From assembly GCF_009914755.1 (NCBI RefSeq), contig NC_060932.1: 64,000 nucleotides of DNA, one strand, 5' to 3'. The first letter of the stretch is position 1, and each line of letters starts with the position of its first letter. Below the pieces are notes generated by a model. It saw only the letters and a program-made list of their open reading frames with translations, was not told the origin of the DNA and made no database searches. Below, piece by piece: positions 27,838-41,350 of the stretch. This stretch comes from the human T2T-CHM13v2.0 reference genome, Homo sapiens. The position numbers and the translations under genes are program-made.

Positions 27838-30085
27838 TCATACGACTATGTTTATTGTTTAAAAAATAATCTTAGAGATTCACTTCTTGGTCACTAAAAT
27901 ATTCAAATCTATATGCTTGCAGCAGAATAAAAATCTGTCTGATTTAGTCTTTAGTTCTGCTGACTTGCTGTGAATACAGCACAAATATGAGACATCCCCA
28001 TATTTATCATAGCAAATTGGGATGAACCAGGTTTTTAGTTTGTAAGGTTTTCTCTGATCAAAATAGAAAATGCCAGAAGCTGAGAATTGTAATCTATAAA
28101 ATATGAGGTTCATTTGTTATATGGGGAAACCTTGTTATTTTTTCCTAATCTTAAGCATACAGTGTAATTGTATTTTAATAAATCTCCTTGAAAAAGCATT
28201 TAAATTATAGGTCCTTAAATTCTTCTCCTTTTTAAACAGTGTACCCATATTATCTATGTCTCATATTTTTACTTCTTCAGAAAAGCATCTGAGACCACTA
28301 TATTTTAATTATAGTAATGAAATATGATCATTTTTCATCATCACTTAGCAAAGATTTACAAGCTGAGTGAGTGCATATGATAGTTTCTGCATACCTCTAA
28401 GGAACCAGGGCAGTTCTTTTCCACATATTAATTTCAGCTATTCTTTAGCCCTCCCACGTCCAATACAAAACATGCAATCGCGTAAGTGCTGTTCAGTTTT
28501 TTCATTTTAATATTGTGCCAACAACTGCAATTTTTCTTCACTCAACACAGTTTCTCATTAAATCTTAAGCCTAATCCAGTAGTAAAAACGTGCTATATTT
28601 TAAAAATCTTGAAGTGAAACATTTGTTACTCTTCTGATAATTATTAAAGCCCCAAGCCATCCTCTGAGCTAATTGTCTAGTGGATCATTCTTGCCTTCTA
28701 GTTCTAAGAAATTACACCTTTTTTTTTTTTTGTAATTAGGATCTTTTAGGTAAGTTATTTAAATTATTACTGGATCTTATCAGAAAGAAAATCTTTGACA
28801 TCTATGATTTTGATAACTTCCCCCTCCTTTGAGATGGTGACTTTATTCACATATTAAAGCAAGCCAGAACCTTGAGGGAAGAATTGGAGAGTATATTTTA
28901 CATCCAAAATATTTCAAACCTTTCTCGTTACATGAAACTGTTTTTATTTTTTTAAATCCTGTATGTAAAATATGTATAGCATTAAAAATAATCACTAGTC
29001 AGAATTTAAACAAAGACATAATATACTAGGTCTTATGATAATACATTGTTCACTAGACCACTTGAATAGAAACAGAAGACATAAAAATATTGCATTGGCT
29101 CATCATGGTCCTGTCTATGAAGCCAGTTCATAGTTTCCATATGGTCTATCTGTCTAGAGCTAAGCATTGCTGAAGCATGAGCCACATCATTGAAAATCAG
29201 CTTTATCCCTGACTAAAGACATGACTCAGAAACACCACAAGCATGGAAGTTTCCAAGTAGTCTCTCTGGTCACCTAATCTGCTGTTGTCTTCTTGGGAGT
29301 TGAAGTAGAAGATGTTACAGCAAATCTCTTTTGTCTCTCTGCTTAGAGAAAGGTGTTTCGAATGGATTAAACATATTAACAGTGAAAAACTTCTCTGAGG
29401 AGAGGTTTCCGGATTGCTTGGACCTCTTCCTGGGGACTGTGTGGGAATTTCAGTGGTAGTTCTCATCTTTTATATTTTGTTTCTCTACAGTAATTTAAAA
29501 TTTATTCTGTGGAAAAAATAGTTACTATTCCAGATTATAAAAAGATGAGAAAAGAATCATTCCATTTTGTACCCTCTGATGCTTTATGTAGTCCTGTGGT
29601 TCAAAGAAACAAGACACATGAAATCAAACATGAAATTGTCCAGATTTCCTCTTGCATCTTTTCTCTATTCTTGTGTATCTGTTCTTCTGAACAGTTTCAG
29701 TGGAGAACTACTTTGGAAGATGTTGATGTGATTTTTTTTAATCTAAAAATTATTTTATATCAGGCTGTGCTTATAAGTCCAACATGTTGTCCAGTGGACA
29801 GATGTGCCTTCATCTGGAGGGGATTAGAGTTTTAAACTACCAATTTTGGTGAACAGTCTTATGTCCTTTCACTTCAACTCTCTGGACAATATATTTATTT
29901 ATAACATGAAGTTAATATGTTCTCCAAATTTCTTCCCAGGGAGTCAGTGAAATTAAATGAGTTCATTTCTGCTAAAGTACTTTTAACTCTGGGGAAGCAA
30001 AATTTATTTTTCCTTATAATAAAAAGTAAATGGTAGTATTACATTCTCTCAGTAGACATTGGAAAAATATATACACCTGTTTTAA

Positions 30086-30433
<348 letters not shown>

Positions 30434-30810
30434 TAATTCTTTATTTTACTTAAGAGTAGCAGTTTTATTTGGTTTGTTGGGACCACCAACTATCTTTATA
30501 ACTTTTCTTTGACAGATCGTTTAATATTTCTGATCATTAGTTTCCTTATAATGCAAAAACAACAAAAAACAAACTAAATTTGGAAAGATGGAAGGTATCT
30601 GTAAACATAGACTTTTATAATTTTGTATAATGAATGTTTATGAAGCCATGTAGGGCCTTATTATATTATACATTATTATAAGAGACAGGTATGAAAAACA
30701 TAACTATGGGAGACAAAATCACAGCAAATATAATACTTTAAGTTTGATAGATAAAATATTTATCAAACATATTTGATAATATATATAATGTAAATGAAAT
30801 ATTTATCAAA

Positions 30811-30939
30811 TTATGCCTGAGGTCGCAATTTTTTTAATTTTTGCAATCAGACCTTGGCAATGACCTTGAGCAGTAGGGTATTAAAATCTTCCACAGGCTT
30901 AGCGTCCCAATAATGGAACACTAAGCATAAATGGATTAA
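30811..30939 (-). mobile_element. MER85 non-autonomous piggyBac element
   Basis: ttatgcctgaggtcgcaatt...cagaccttggcaatgaccttgagcagtagg...gcttagcgtcccaataatggaacactaagcataaatgga-TTAA; TIR-like ends and TTAA target at 30936-30939. Confidence 0.88.
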
Positions 30940-32474
30940 CATTTGTTTATAGAACAGCTATTTGCCAGGCACTTTTTAAAACACAGAGAAAATATAAGGA
31001 ATGGTGTCTGATCTCTGGGAACTCAGTCTGTTAAAGAAAATGAAATTGCTAAAATAGAAAATCAATGAGTGAATATATGCCAAATGGTACAATGCTGACT
31101 ATTAAGGTAATACAAATTTAAAGAAGGGAAAGAAAAGACTGAAATAAGTTAGAGAAGACTTTTTAAATATAATCATCATTTATAGAGTCTTTCCTTTATA
31201 CCAGGAAGGCATTGTGGTTGTAGGAATTCTTTCTCTGAGACACGGTAACATGCAGCTTAATTCTAGGAAGTAAAACAAACAAATGAACAAAATAAAAGAA
31301 CTAAGTTAAACAGTGGAGCCACTTAATGACCTCTGAAGGTCAGGCAGAGGACTTTGGGTATTGTAATAGCTAACAGGGAGCCATAGTAACATCTGGAGCA
31401 GAAGAGTGGCACCATAGACATAGCAGATGTTTAGGGAAGCGAGTCTTCCTTACAGGCTAGAAGAAGTCTGGGGACTAAGTAAGATGGAAAGAGAAAGTCA
31501 AAGACATCAAAGGCACTAGCTAAGGTTAACATTTTATAAAATACTGACATAATGATGCTGATGATAGTAACTTTTATAATATGTATTAGTAGCTGAATTA
31601 ATATAATTAAACAAGGGGGCAACGGTACAAACTCACAGTTGTGTCCTGCAGTCTCATCATCATGGCTGCAGAAAGAGAAATTTGGAAAAAATAAACAGGA
31701 CTGGGTTAGAACTTCCAGTCTATAAGAACACACTTTTGTTGTATTTGTAGTATTTGTTGTATTTGTAGTATTGCTGCTAACACCAATACCAGCCTAGAAG
31801 AGTTCTTTCTTTAGAATCAGTGTTACACTTGCCTGTGGTACTTCTCTGTTCTTGAATATTGTAACATTTAACAGATATAGACAGCATTTGTGAGAGCAAG
31901 TGGTGGGACTCATGTGGATCTAGATAGTGCGCTCTTCAGACGACTGTGTCCTCTATTTCTTTCATGTCCTCATATATCTAGAATCCTACTATGTGCTTAT
32001 GAGGAATTTATTAACTCATTTAGACTTTTAACTCACTGAAGTAGGGTTGAAGAAAATTCTTTAGTTTTTATAGGATTCAGTTTAGGTGTAGTTTTACCTA
32101 AAATCAGGTGCATTGTCTAAGTGTTCTGAATAGCTTCATTCCTCACTTATAAAAATCAGTCGAGCAGCCATGTACATTTATTGAACTCATATGAGACAGG
32201 CTCTGTGCTCATGCTACAGACAAAGTAGTGAACAAAACCATACTGGTCTTTGCCTGATGGAGTCTGTAGGCTACTGCAAGTAACAATCATGTTTCATGTA
32301 ATTAATTGAATTATAAATCACAGGTTTGCCAAGTGCTATGAAGGATATTAATTGAGCTAAGGGAATGTACAATGAAAGACCTAGTCAGAGGCTGACTCTG
32401 CTCTGTGGAAAAAAGAATAAAAAAAGAGTATGCAGTCATACTCTTCAGATGTATATAGAGTCAATTTAAAATAT

Positions 32475-32735
32475 TTCATTGTGTATATATACCACATTTT
32501 CTTAATCCATTCATCTGTTGGTGAACACTTAAGTTGATTTTATAAGTTGGCTATTGTGAATAGTAGATTTTTTTATAACTTGGCTATTGTGAATAGTGGA
32601 TTTTATAACTTGGCTATTGTGAATAGTGGATGAATATTTTAGCTAGATTGATTTAATTATTCAACGTTGTATTCATAAATCATAACATCATTTTCTACCC
32701 CATAAATGTATACAAGTACAAATTGTCAATTTACA
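32475..32735. mobile_element. Internally inverted L1 3' fragment with a 3x ~30-bp tandem repeat at the junction
   Basis: Minus-strand L1 3' sequence (ataccacattttct..atccattcatctgttg..ttggctattgtgaatagt), then a plus-strand L1 3' terminus (acatca..ttctaccccataaatgtatac..ttgtcaatt). Confidence 0.7.
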
Positions 32736-34582
32736 GGAAAACGAATACACAATTTTGAAATATTTATATTGAATGATTTAAGGAAAAAGTGAATATTTAG
32801 ATGTTTTATCACAGAATGAGGCTGGTGAAGTGGATAAGGCTATAAAGCCCCTCAGAACCCCTAAGCTGTTTGACGAGACAGGGAAACTTCCTCAAGAGAG
32901 GAAAACCAAACCACAAATTAGCAGTCGATATGTCATTGTGTCACAATGACGTGGAGATGTATGGGATGTAGATTGATCCCACATCCAATGAAATTGTTTG
33001 ACCCCCAACTTAAGGATTCATCATGTAGAGTAAACATGGGCAGGGGTTTTAGTCTTTCTGCAGATGAGCATTTCAGAGCAAGCTGTGCCAACAGAGATTT
33101 AGGAAGGGCACCAAGGTTCAAACAAGAAGTTAATTCACAAACACCGCCACCCTCATTATTGGGATTATATGTCCTGGACATTGAAAAACAACATTTGAAA
33201 AGGCAGGACAAGTTAGGTTTGGTTTGGTTTTGTTTTTTTCTCAGCATTTACCCATGAGTCTAGTGTGGCCACTCTATGTATCCTCTTATCTCATGGATTG
33301 GAAACTAGTCCCCAGATTGTCATTAAAAAAAAAAATGGAGGATATATACTGTCTGAACAGTGGTGGTGAGATATAGGTTGGATCTGAAGGAAACATTACT
33401 GGAACATTTTATATTTAATATTTTCTTTAATGATGTTAAAGAAGGCATTCCCTTGGGGAAATAAATGTCTTTTGCAGATGATGCTAGAAAGAACGCTAAA
33501 ACACAAATTAGAAAAGCATATGCAAACCTCAAGAAACTTCACTTAAAGGTAGATAACAGAATGAGGTTCATCTTGGAAAAATGCAGACTAATAGTAACAA
33601 TACCTTTGGGAAAGAATAATCTACAACACAGATACTCAGCCAGTGAGTGGGCGAGTTCTGGGCAGAATGCTGAGCTGGCTAAGAGGTGAGAAAAGTCAAT
33701 GTTTGCAACACGATACTGTAGGAAAACAGACCAGCATAGTTGGAGCTGACGTAGACACTGCCACCTCGAGTTTACACAGAGAGAGAGCAAAGGCTTTGGT
33801 GTCTGATACTTTCTCACCAATATTCCTTGATAGAGATTTGTTGATATTTCTATCATTTAATATTTGTAAACATAGGCATCAAATAATTTCAAATACCACA
33901 GCTAGTATTGAGGAAAAGCAGACAGATAATAGGGACTTTTCATTTTTCGACAAGGTATTTTTTAAATTGTCCAAATATTTCACTGTGGAATGATGACTAG
34001 AGAGAGAGGAAATATCAGCTGTATTTTTTTTTCTTCCTCTTGTTCCTGATCAAGGGAGGGTTTGATGAAAATGAAGCTGAGAAGAGAAAGGATGTCTAAG
34101 GATGGTTTATAAATTGACCATAAATGTGTGGTTTATAAAATTAGCCAACCCTAACTAGAAGTTTCTTGGGGTCCGTGAATATCTATAAAAACGTCTAGAA
34201 TCTCCACCAAGAAAAAATGGAAAATAATTTATTCAATTGGAATATAAAAAATACACCAAGCATTAAGTTTATTTCAAAATACATACATCTATGATTGATT
34301 ACATAGTAAGCATATCAGGATATTAACAGTATATTGAAGTTATTATTAACCACAGTTTTTATTATACTGGTGCTGGGCAGAAGTTTGGTTAGTAGAATGC
34401 ACTGCTTTATTGAATCTGAAGTAAACTGGTATTTCACTAATAGTATTTAAATTCAAGATAACAGACTTACTTTTAAAGAATCAAAGAATCTTTTCCAAAT
34501 TGCAAACATGATGTTAAAGGATTTTATTGGAGGGAGGGAGACTGTGAGAAGGATACTGGGAATTTCTGTAAAAATTATTTGA

Positions 34583-34881
34583 GGGCAGGCACAGCAGCTC
34601 ATGCCTGTAATCCCAGCACTTTGCGAGGCCAAGGCGGGTGGATCACCTGAGGTTCAGGAGTTTGAGACCAGCCTGACCAACATGGCAAAACCCCGTCTCT
34701 ACTGAAAATACAAAAATTAGCTGGGCATGGTGGTGCATGCCTGTAATCTCAGCTACTTGGGAGACTGAGGCAGGAGAATTGCTTGAATCTGGGAGGTAGA
34801 GATTGCAATGAGCTGAGATCTTGCCACTGTACTCCAGCCTGGGTGACAGAGCGAGACTCCGTCTCAAAAAATAAAAAAAAA
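34583..34881 (+). mobile_element. AluS-like element
   Basis: Alu match. Confidence 0.95.
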
Positions 34882-34989
34882 TTATCTGGGAGTCCACAGA
34901 GGAGAGTGTATCATAAACTATAAAAATAACAGACAGATGTTCAAGATTGACCTGTGCTTGCAAATCAATTAACTGTATGACAATCTTCC

Positions 34990-35287
34990 TTTTTTTTTTT
35001 TTTTTTTTGAGATGGAGTCTCGTTCTGTCACCCAGGCTGGTATGTAGTGTTGTGGTCTCTGCTCACTACAACCTCCGCCTTCTGGGTTCAAGCGATTCTC
35101 CTGCCTCAGCCTCCCAAGTAGCTGGGATTACAGGCGCCCACCACCACGCCCAACCAGTTTTTTTATTTTTGATAGAGCCATTCACCATGTTGGCCAGGCT
35201 TGTCCTGAACTCCTGGCCTCAAGTGATCAGCCCACCTTGGCTTCCCAAAGTGCTGGGATTACGTGTCTTAGCCACCACACCTGGCCT
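34990..35287 (-). mobile_element. AluS-like element
   Basis: Alu match. Confidence 0.95.
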
Positions 35288-36539
35288 GAAAGTCTCCTTT
35301 GATACAATTGTGGATCAGATACGGACGCTGTGGTCTGATCTTAAGTTCATTTTCACGGACATTTTGTGAGAGCCTATTATGAGCCAGGCATTGTGCTAGG
35401 CATTAGAGATACAAAATGATCAGAATGTGATCATTGTCTGACAGAATGTGATCAGTGTGTCACAGATCATCACAATACAGATAAGTGCAGTAAAAGAGGT
35501 CAGGATAGGGTGCAATACAAAAGGCAAGGAGAGAATTCTCCCCAGAGCATAGAAGTGGGTGATGGGGAGGTGGAGGACAGGGAAAGAGTGATGCCTAAGT
35601 TCAGAAAAAACTGTGAATTTTCACCCCATTAATAACAAATATAGAACAAACATGATCATGTTAAGAGCAAATACTAAAATTTTTAAAAACCCTGATTTCC
35701 ATCTTCTAATCTGATTAATGAAACGAATGGTATATACATACACACACACACACACACACATATGTATATATATTTAAAGCTACAACAAGTACTTGTTATT
35801 CAGATCCTTAGATTGTTCTCAGACATAAAATTCTTGGAATTTGCTCAAACTCATGCCAAAGCTTATTGTTCAAACTCAGGTTTGATTTACTGTTATTCTT
35901 ATCTTCCAGGAAAGTGATGGATTGAATGTTTAACATACAATGTTGATAATAGAAATGTATCAGAAGCCAGTCTCCCTAGTCTGTTAGAAGTAATTCCACA
36001 GAATTTCACAGAGCTTATAGATCAACTGGGTTTTCATTTGCATGTGCTTTCTCTACACAATCAATGCAGTGTGCAGTTTGCATATGCAGAAACTATCTCA
36101 GTTTCTGCTTTTCCCTTCCATCTCATTTGGCAACAAATTTAGATGTCTCTGAAGGCTACATCCTTTTGTTGCTGAACACTTGAGTTGCTTGGGCACTTGC
36201 AGTTTGTTTTACCTCAACGATTGTCTTAAAAATCCATTTTATCAAGAAGGATTTTTAGAAGTCATTGAGTTCTGTCGTCCCTGACTGGTAATGCATTCAG
36301 AAGAAATGATGTTGGGGTTTTCTAGCAGTGATTCCATGTGTTAGAATAAGTATCATTTCCCAGAACCTTAGTGGGAAAAGAGGTCTTTGATAATCACTTA
36401 ATTACATTCCTTCATTTTATCACTGAGGAAAATGAGACCCCGTAAAGCAAAATAGCGTGTCCATGTGCAAACAGCAAGATACCACAGTGCCGAGAGAGGG
36501 CGTTTGCCTCCCTTTTCCCAGTTCAGGGCACCTTACGTC

Positions 36540-36685
36540 TTGAACTTTAATCTACATCCACATCTCTTAGGGATCTTGTTAAAATGAAGCTTCTTATTCC
36601 ATAGTTCTCGGCTGTGGCCTGCGTTTACACTAGCACACTCCTAGGAAATGCTGATGCTGTCAGTTCTAAGTAATAACAGGGTCTT
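36540..36685. mobile_element. MER5A-like hAT relic
   Basis: gggatcttgttaaaatg...ggctgtggcctg...ggaaatgctgatgctg. Confidence 0.6.
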
Positions 36686-37495
36686 ATAACACTAAGAAAC
36701 AATGCTGAGAAAATTCATCTCCCAAATGAAGACAAACACTAGCAAAAGGATAGTTCTGGTTGAGAGGTAGCTGCTATTTCCAAAAAATGACTTGCATACC
36801 TCAAGTAGTTCTGGTGTTAGTGCACCCAGTTTTCCGTATGATTTTATGATAGAGATAAGCCATCATCTTATGCTAGCTTCCTAGGAAACATCATGTTAGA
36901 AATTCATAGCAGTTAGAAAATTGATTGGGTAGGATTTCTGACTCCCTTTACCTAGTTGTCTTGTGCCTTCTGATCACAGAACTGGTTATAAGATGCCTAA
37001 TGACAATTTCCTTATAAATGCCTTCCTTCTCTTAAGGAACTCGTGATTCCTTAGCTATTTGTTAATTTAATGATTCTTACTAACGTAAGGGCATTTCCTG
37101 CCTTGAGCAATTGTGTGGTGTGTGTGTGTGTCTCTCTTACACATACACAGAGTGTTCACATATCTTATACTATGTTCTTTTGTAAGAAACAAATGGATTA
37201 TTTGTGCTCAATATGAGAATTTTAACTTTTATCAAGAATTCAAAGAAGCAGGATGGAATGATAATTACTGAATACATCATTAATTCTGGAAACACCTGCT
37301 TTAATTATAGGGTTTGTCTATATGAACTTATAGTCCTGGTAGAGAAACAAATAAAAACCCTATTTACTTCAGAAATAATTTTGTCAAATAAGTTATATGA
37401 AAAAAGTTCCCATGTGTTTTTTCTTATATACGTTCAGTAAGAATGTGAAGACATTCTTATTGAAGCATATGAAATGGCGTCTTTTTGAGAAATGA

Positions 37496-37812
<317 letters not shown>

Positions 37813-39323
37813 AAGCTTATACTTCTTATTGACATGTTTCTCAAGGTAGCTCTTCCTCTATTCCCTGCAGCAAAAATATTCTAAACAAAAATAATCCGTT
37901 TACTTATATGAAGGTGTTTCCAAGAGTTTGAAAGAGCTGTGTCAATATAAGATGTTTGTTGTTTAAGCTTAAACACATACTCACAGGGCAAAAAATCTGA
38001 AACTGCTAGTATTTTATCACGCAGGCTATTTTCATAAAGTAGGAGAATTACATATACCAAGTCACTTGGTGAATTGGTTTGAAGGGAAATGAAATTACCC
38101 CTATATTGGTAACAAGGAACAGTTTTGTTCATATCTCTTTGATGCCAAAAATATAGTATGTATTCTTATTTACTCTGTAGTGAAAAGGGTTGTGTAAAAA
38201 TCACTAGGGATGAGCTACCAGAGCTAACTTGGATAGGCTCTTTGCTTGATGGTTGCTGTATAGATGAACTATTAATAATAATTATGATGATGGATGTTGA
38301 GGATTCAAAATGATGGTCTTTCTATCTGTAAGTATATTGCTTCCTAGAACCTTTCAGTGGCCCTTTTTATTAGAGGATATACTGGTAAAATCAATCCTAC
38401 TTAAAATGCTTTAGTTATTAGAGTAACAGCAACAGCAACAACAAAAAAGTGGTAATTATAAAGAGCTTCCATATTTAAGCACAGCCCCATTGCATGACCT
38501 TAAGAACAATATTATATCAAGATTCTAGAATTTTGATAGTTAAATATATGTGAGTGAATAACATGAAAAATGTTATACAGTTTTAAAAATAGTTTTTCCT
38601 TAAATGCAAAATGACATGTATTAAGTAATTCTGCATAAGAATAACTGATCTAAATTTTAAAATGTATTTGTCTTTGATTTGGGATAATGCAATTAAGTGA
38701 AATTTGTCTTGATAAAAATCTGCTTCTAGTATCTTTGAACATTAAAAACAAGAGTTTATTTGTAATGTCTTTTTAAAAAACAGGGAATGTAGTTTTTCTT
38801 GTCAATAATCATTATAGTGTGAAAGTACTTGACTTCTATTGTTTAATGACTTAACTTGTAACATAAAACACCCATGAAATAAATACACAATTGAAATAAG
38901 TATATAAAAGAAAAAGCTCAAGATCATTTATTGATAAGAGACAGGGATGGAATCATGTTAGCGCTTATCAAAACCAGTGTTTCAACATAGTGAGAATCAA
39001 TGATCAGTGGCAAATAGGGTCATGCCAAAGGGAAATTGACAGCTCTCCGGGCCATGCTGCCTCTTATTCCACATTTCAACTTCACTCTAGTTAAATTTCA
39101 GTTAACCAATCATTTGAAGACTGAAGCAAACAACAACAAAAATCTGTAACCCACAGTTTTCGTGGGACATGGTTTTCTAAATGTTGTGTCTTTTCTTTTC
39201 TTTATATTGCTTGGTACCAGATCATTTTTAGGAATCTCCATATTCCATAGGAGGAAAATTGCCAGTCTGAAAGCTCAGTGTCTTTAGCATTTTTTTTTTG
39301 CTTACCACATTTTTGCCCTCTAG

Positions 39324-39391
39324 GTGCCAACCTGGATTCACTGGAGCAAGATGTACTGAGAATGTGCCCATGAAAGTCCAAAACCAAGAAA
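39324..39391 (+). CDS. NRG1: EGF alpha exon (68 nt)
   Basis: tttttgccctctag|G TGC CAA CCT... encodes CQPGFTGARCTENVPMKVQNQE; donor A|gtatgt. Confidence 0.97.
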
Positions 39392-39990
39392 GTATGTCAA
39401 AATAATCTGAAATTTGCTTTCTCCCCCAACTACAGCAACAATCACTACCACTTGGTGCTTTTACAGCTCAGTCGTAACTGATTCATTTTGTTCTAATTAT
39501 GGCTTAACCTCTCAAGGCATAAACCCATTCAGTGTTACCTTATTTAACTGTCTCTCAAAGTGGGTCCCTAAGTCATCAATTTACAAGAATGGCCAGTCAC
39601 GATGGCCCGTGATGCTGACAAACTATTGCAGGCAAGCCAACCGAGAAATATTTTCTTCCAACGTGTGTGACCAAAGCCATCATATGGAAAACTGAGATGA
39701 ATAAAACATCGGATTTCATTTTAAGGGGTTCCCTTTGAAAGAAGGCAACCACTTAAAGTGCTGGGATCTTTCCACCATACCAACTTAAGAACTGCATTCT
39801 GTCCAAATTTTTAACCATTTGGGGGAAGTGCCAGAGCCTGAAAGCCATGATCAGGGCAAAGATTCAGTTCCTGAGGGTGAACTCACCAAGTTTCAGTCAA
39901 ATGACACTGAAGGAGCTTCTTTCTAGCATATATTCACCTCTTCTCTTTTTCTCTGTTTTTCTACCATTGTTTTTTTGTTTCTTCTCTCAG

Positions 39991-40049
39991 GTGCCCAAAT
40001 GAGTTTACTGGTGATCGCTGCCAAAACTACGTAATGGCCAGCTTCTACA
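39991..40049 (+). CDS. NRG1: EGF beta exon (59 nt)
   Basis: Long pyrimidine tract cttctctcag|G TGC CCA AAT... encodes CPNEFTGDRCQNYVMASFY; donor A|gtacgt. Confidence 0.98.
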
Positions 40050-40084
40050 GTACGTCCACTCCCTTTCTGTCTCTGCCTGAATAG
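40050..40084 (+). CDS. NRG1: beta3 read-through extension STSTPFLSLPE-stop (non-transmembrane isoforms such as GGF2/SMDF/HRG-beta3)
   Basis: Reading past the beta donor gives AGT ACG TCC ACT CCC TTT CTG TCT CTG CCT GAA TAG, with the stop at 40082-40084. Confidence 0.95.
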
Positions 40085-40348
40085 GAGCATGCTCAGTTGG
40101 TGCTGCTTTCTTGTTGCTGCATCTCCCCTCAGATTCCACCTAGAGCTAGATGTGTCTTACCAGATCTAATATTGACTGCCTCTGCCTGTCGCATGAGAAC
40201 ATTAACAAAAGCAATTGTATTACTTCCTCTGTTCGCGACTAGTTGGCTCTGAGATACTAATAGGTGTGTGAGGCTCCGGATGTTTCTGGAATTGATATTG
40301 AATGATGTGATACAAATTGATAGTCAATATCAAGCAGTGAAATATGAT

Positions 40349-40537
40349 AATAAAGGCATTTCAAAGTCTCACTTTTATTGATAAAATAAAAATCATTCTA
40401 CTGAACAGTCCATCTTCTTTATACAATGACCACATCCTGAAAAGGGTGTTGCTAAGCTGTAACCGATATGCACTTGAAATGATGGTAAGTTAATTTTGAT
40501 TCAGAATGTGTTATTTGTCACAAATAAACATAATAAA
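40349..40537 (+). terminator. Poly(A) signal cluster of the beta3 terminal exon
   Basis: AATAAA at 40349-40354, 40385-40390, 40523-40528 and 40532-40537, downstream of the beta3 stop. Confidence 0.7.
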
Positions 40538-40886
40538 AGGAGTTCAGATGTTTTTCTTCATTAACCAAACAGTTTGCATTGAGGCATTTTTTTAAAAAAG
40601 CATCAAGTAGGAAAATTAAAAACAAACATTTCACAGCAAATGAGATATCCTGGCTTCTGTTTACGTTGCTTAGGGAACAAGTAATTCAGGCACTAGTTTA
40701 AACAATTATTTATTTATGTTACCATTTCTTTATGTTAGTTTCAAAAGTAACTTAGAATAAAATAGTTACTGTTATTTGTTTAAATATTTATTTTGAGATA
40801 TAACAACTCAACTATAGGATAAATATGTGTTTGTATATATATATGTGTGTGCGTGTATATACATATATATATAAAACTTAAGGCAA

Positions 40887-40888
<2 letters not shown>

Positions 40889-40922
<34 letters not shown>
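40889..40922. repeat. (TA)n microsatellite flanked by duplicated aacttaaggcaaaac
   Basis: Seen directly. Confidence 0.93.
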
Positions 40923-40926
<4 letters not shown>

Positions 40927-41147
40927 TTAATAACTTAAGGCAAAACTGGGAAGTTTGGATAGATGTTCGTGGCTTCCTGAAGTTTTGAACATCATTCCTA
41001 AAAGACCCAATTCACATTGTACATAATTATATAAACCAAACCATGTATTTGTCCTATTGTGAACTGGGTTTATAACTTCTGATCCTGGAGCTTTCAAAAT
41101 ATTGCATTTAAAATGCATATCATGTAGTTATCCTTGTAGATGAAAGA

Positions 41148-41350
41148 ATGGCAATTTTTTTCTGTAAAGGTTCGGAGAGCAAATATTTTAGGATTTGTGG
41201 TGACACCATCACTGTCACAACAACTCAAACCTACTATTGTAGCATGAAAACAGCTGTAAACAATGCATAAAACTGATGTGCATGGGTGTGTTCCATTAAA
41301 TCTTTATTTACAAAAGCAGACAGTGGGCTGGATTTGTCAACCACTGATTT
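41148..41350. mobile_element. MER58A-like hAT-Charlie element
   Basis: ttttctgtaaagg...aaatattttagg..ttgtgg...ctgtcacaacaactcaa...gtgttcca.taaa.ctttatttacaaaa.caga..gtgggctggatttg. Confidence 0.75.

Noticed and set aside
31736-31772. Two-copy 18-bp tandem repeat
   Set aside because: Ordinary local slippage duplication.
39414-39483. Acceptor-like ttgctttctcccccaactacag at 39435 after the alpha exon
   Set aside because: It is only 44 nt from the alpha donor, too short for an intron. Use from the EGF exon would give a short Cys-less peptide, and nothing else supports it.
39594-39617. Small CpG-containing hairpin (tcacg/cgtga) between the alpha and beta exons as a docking/selector element
   Set aside because: The stem is too short to exceed chance, and no partner sequence was found by eye.
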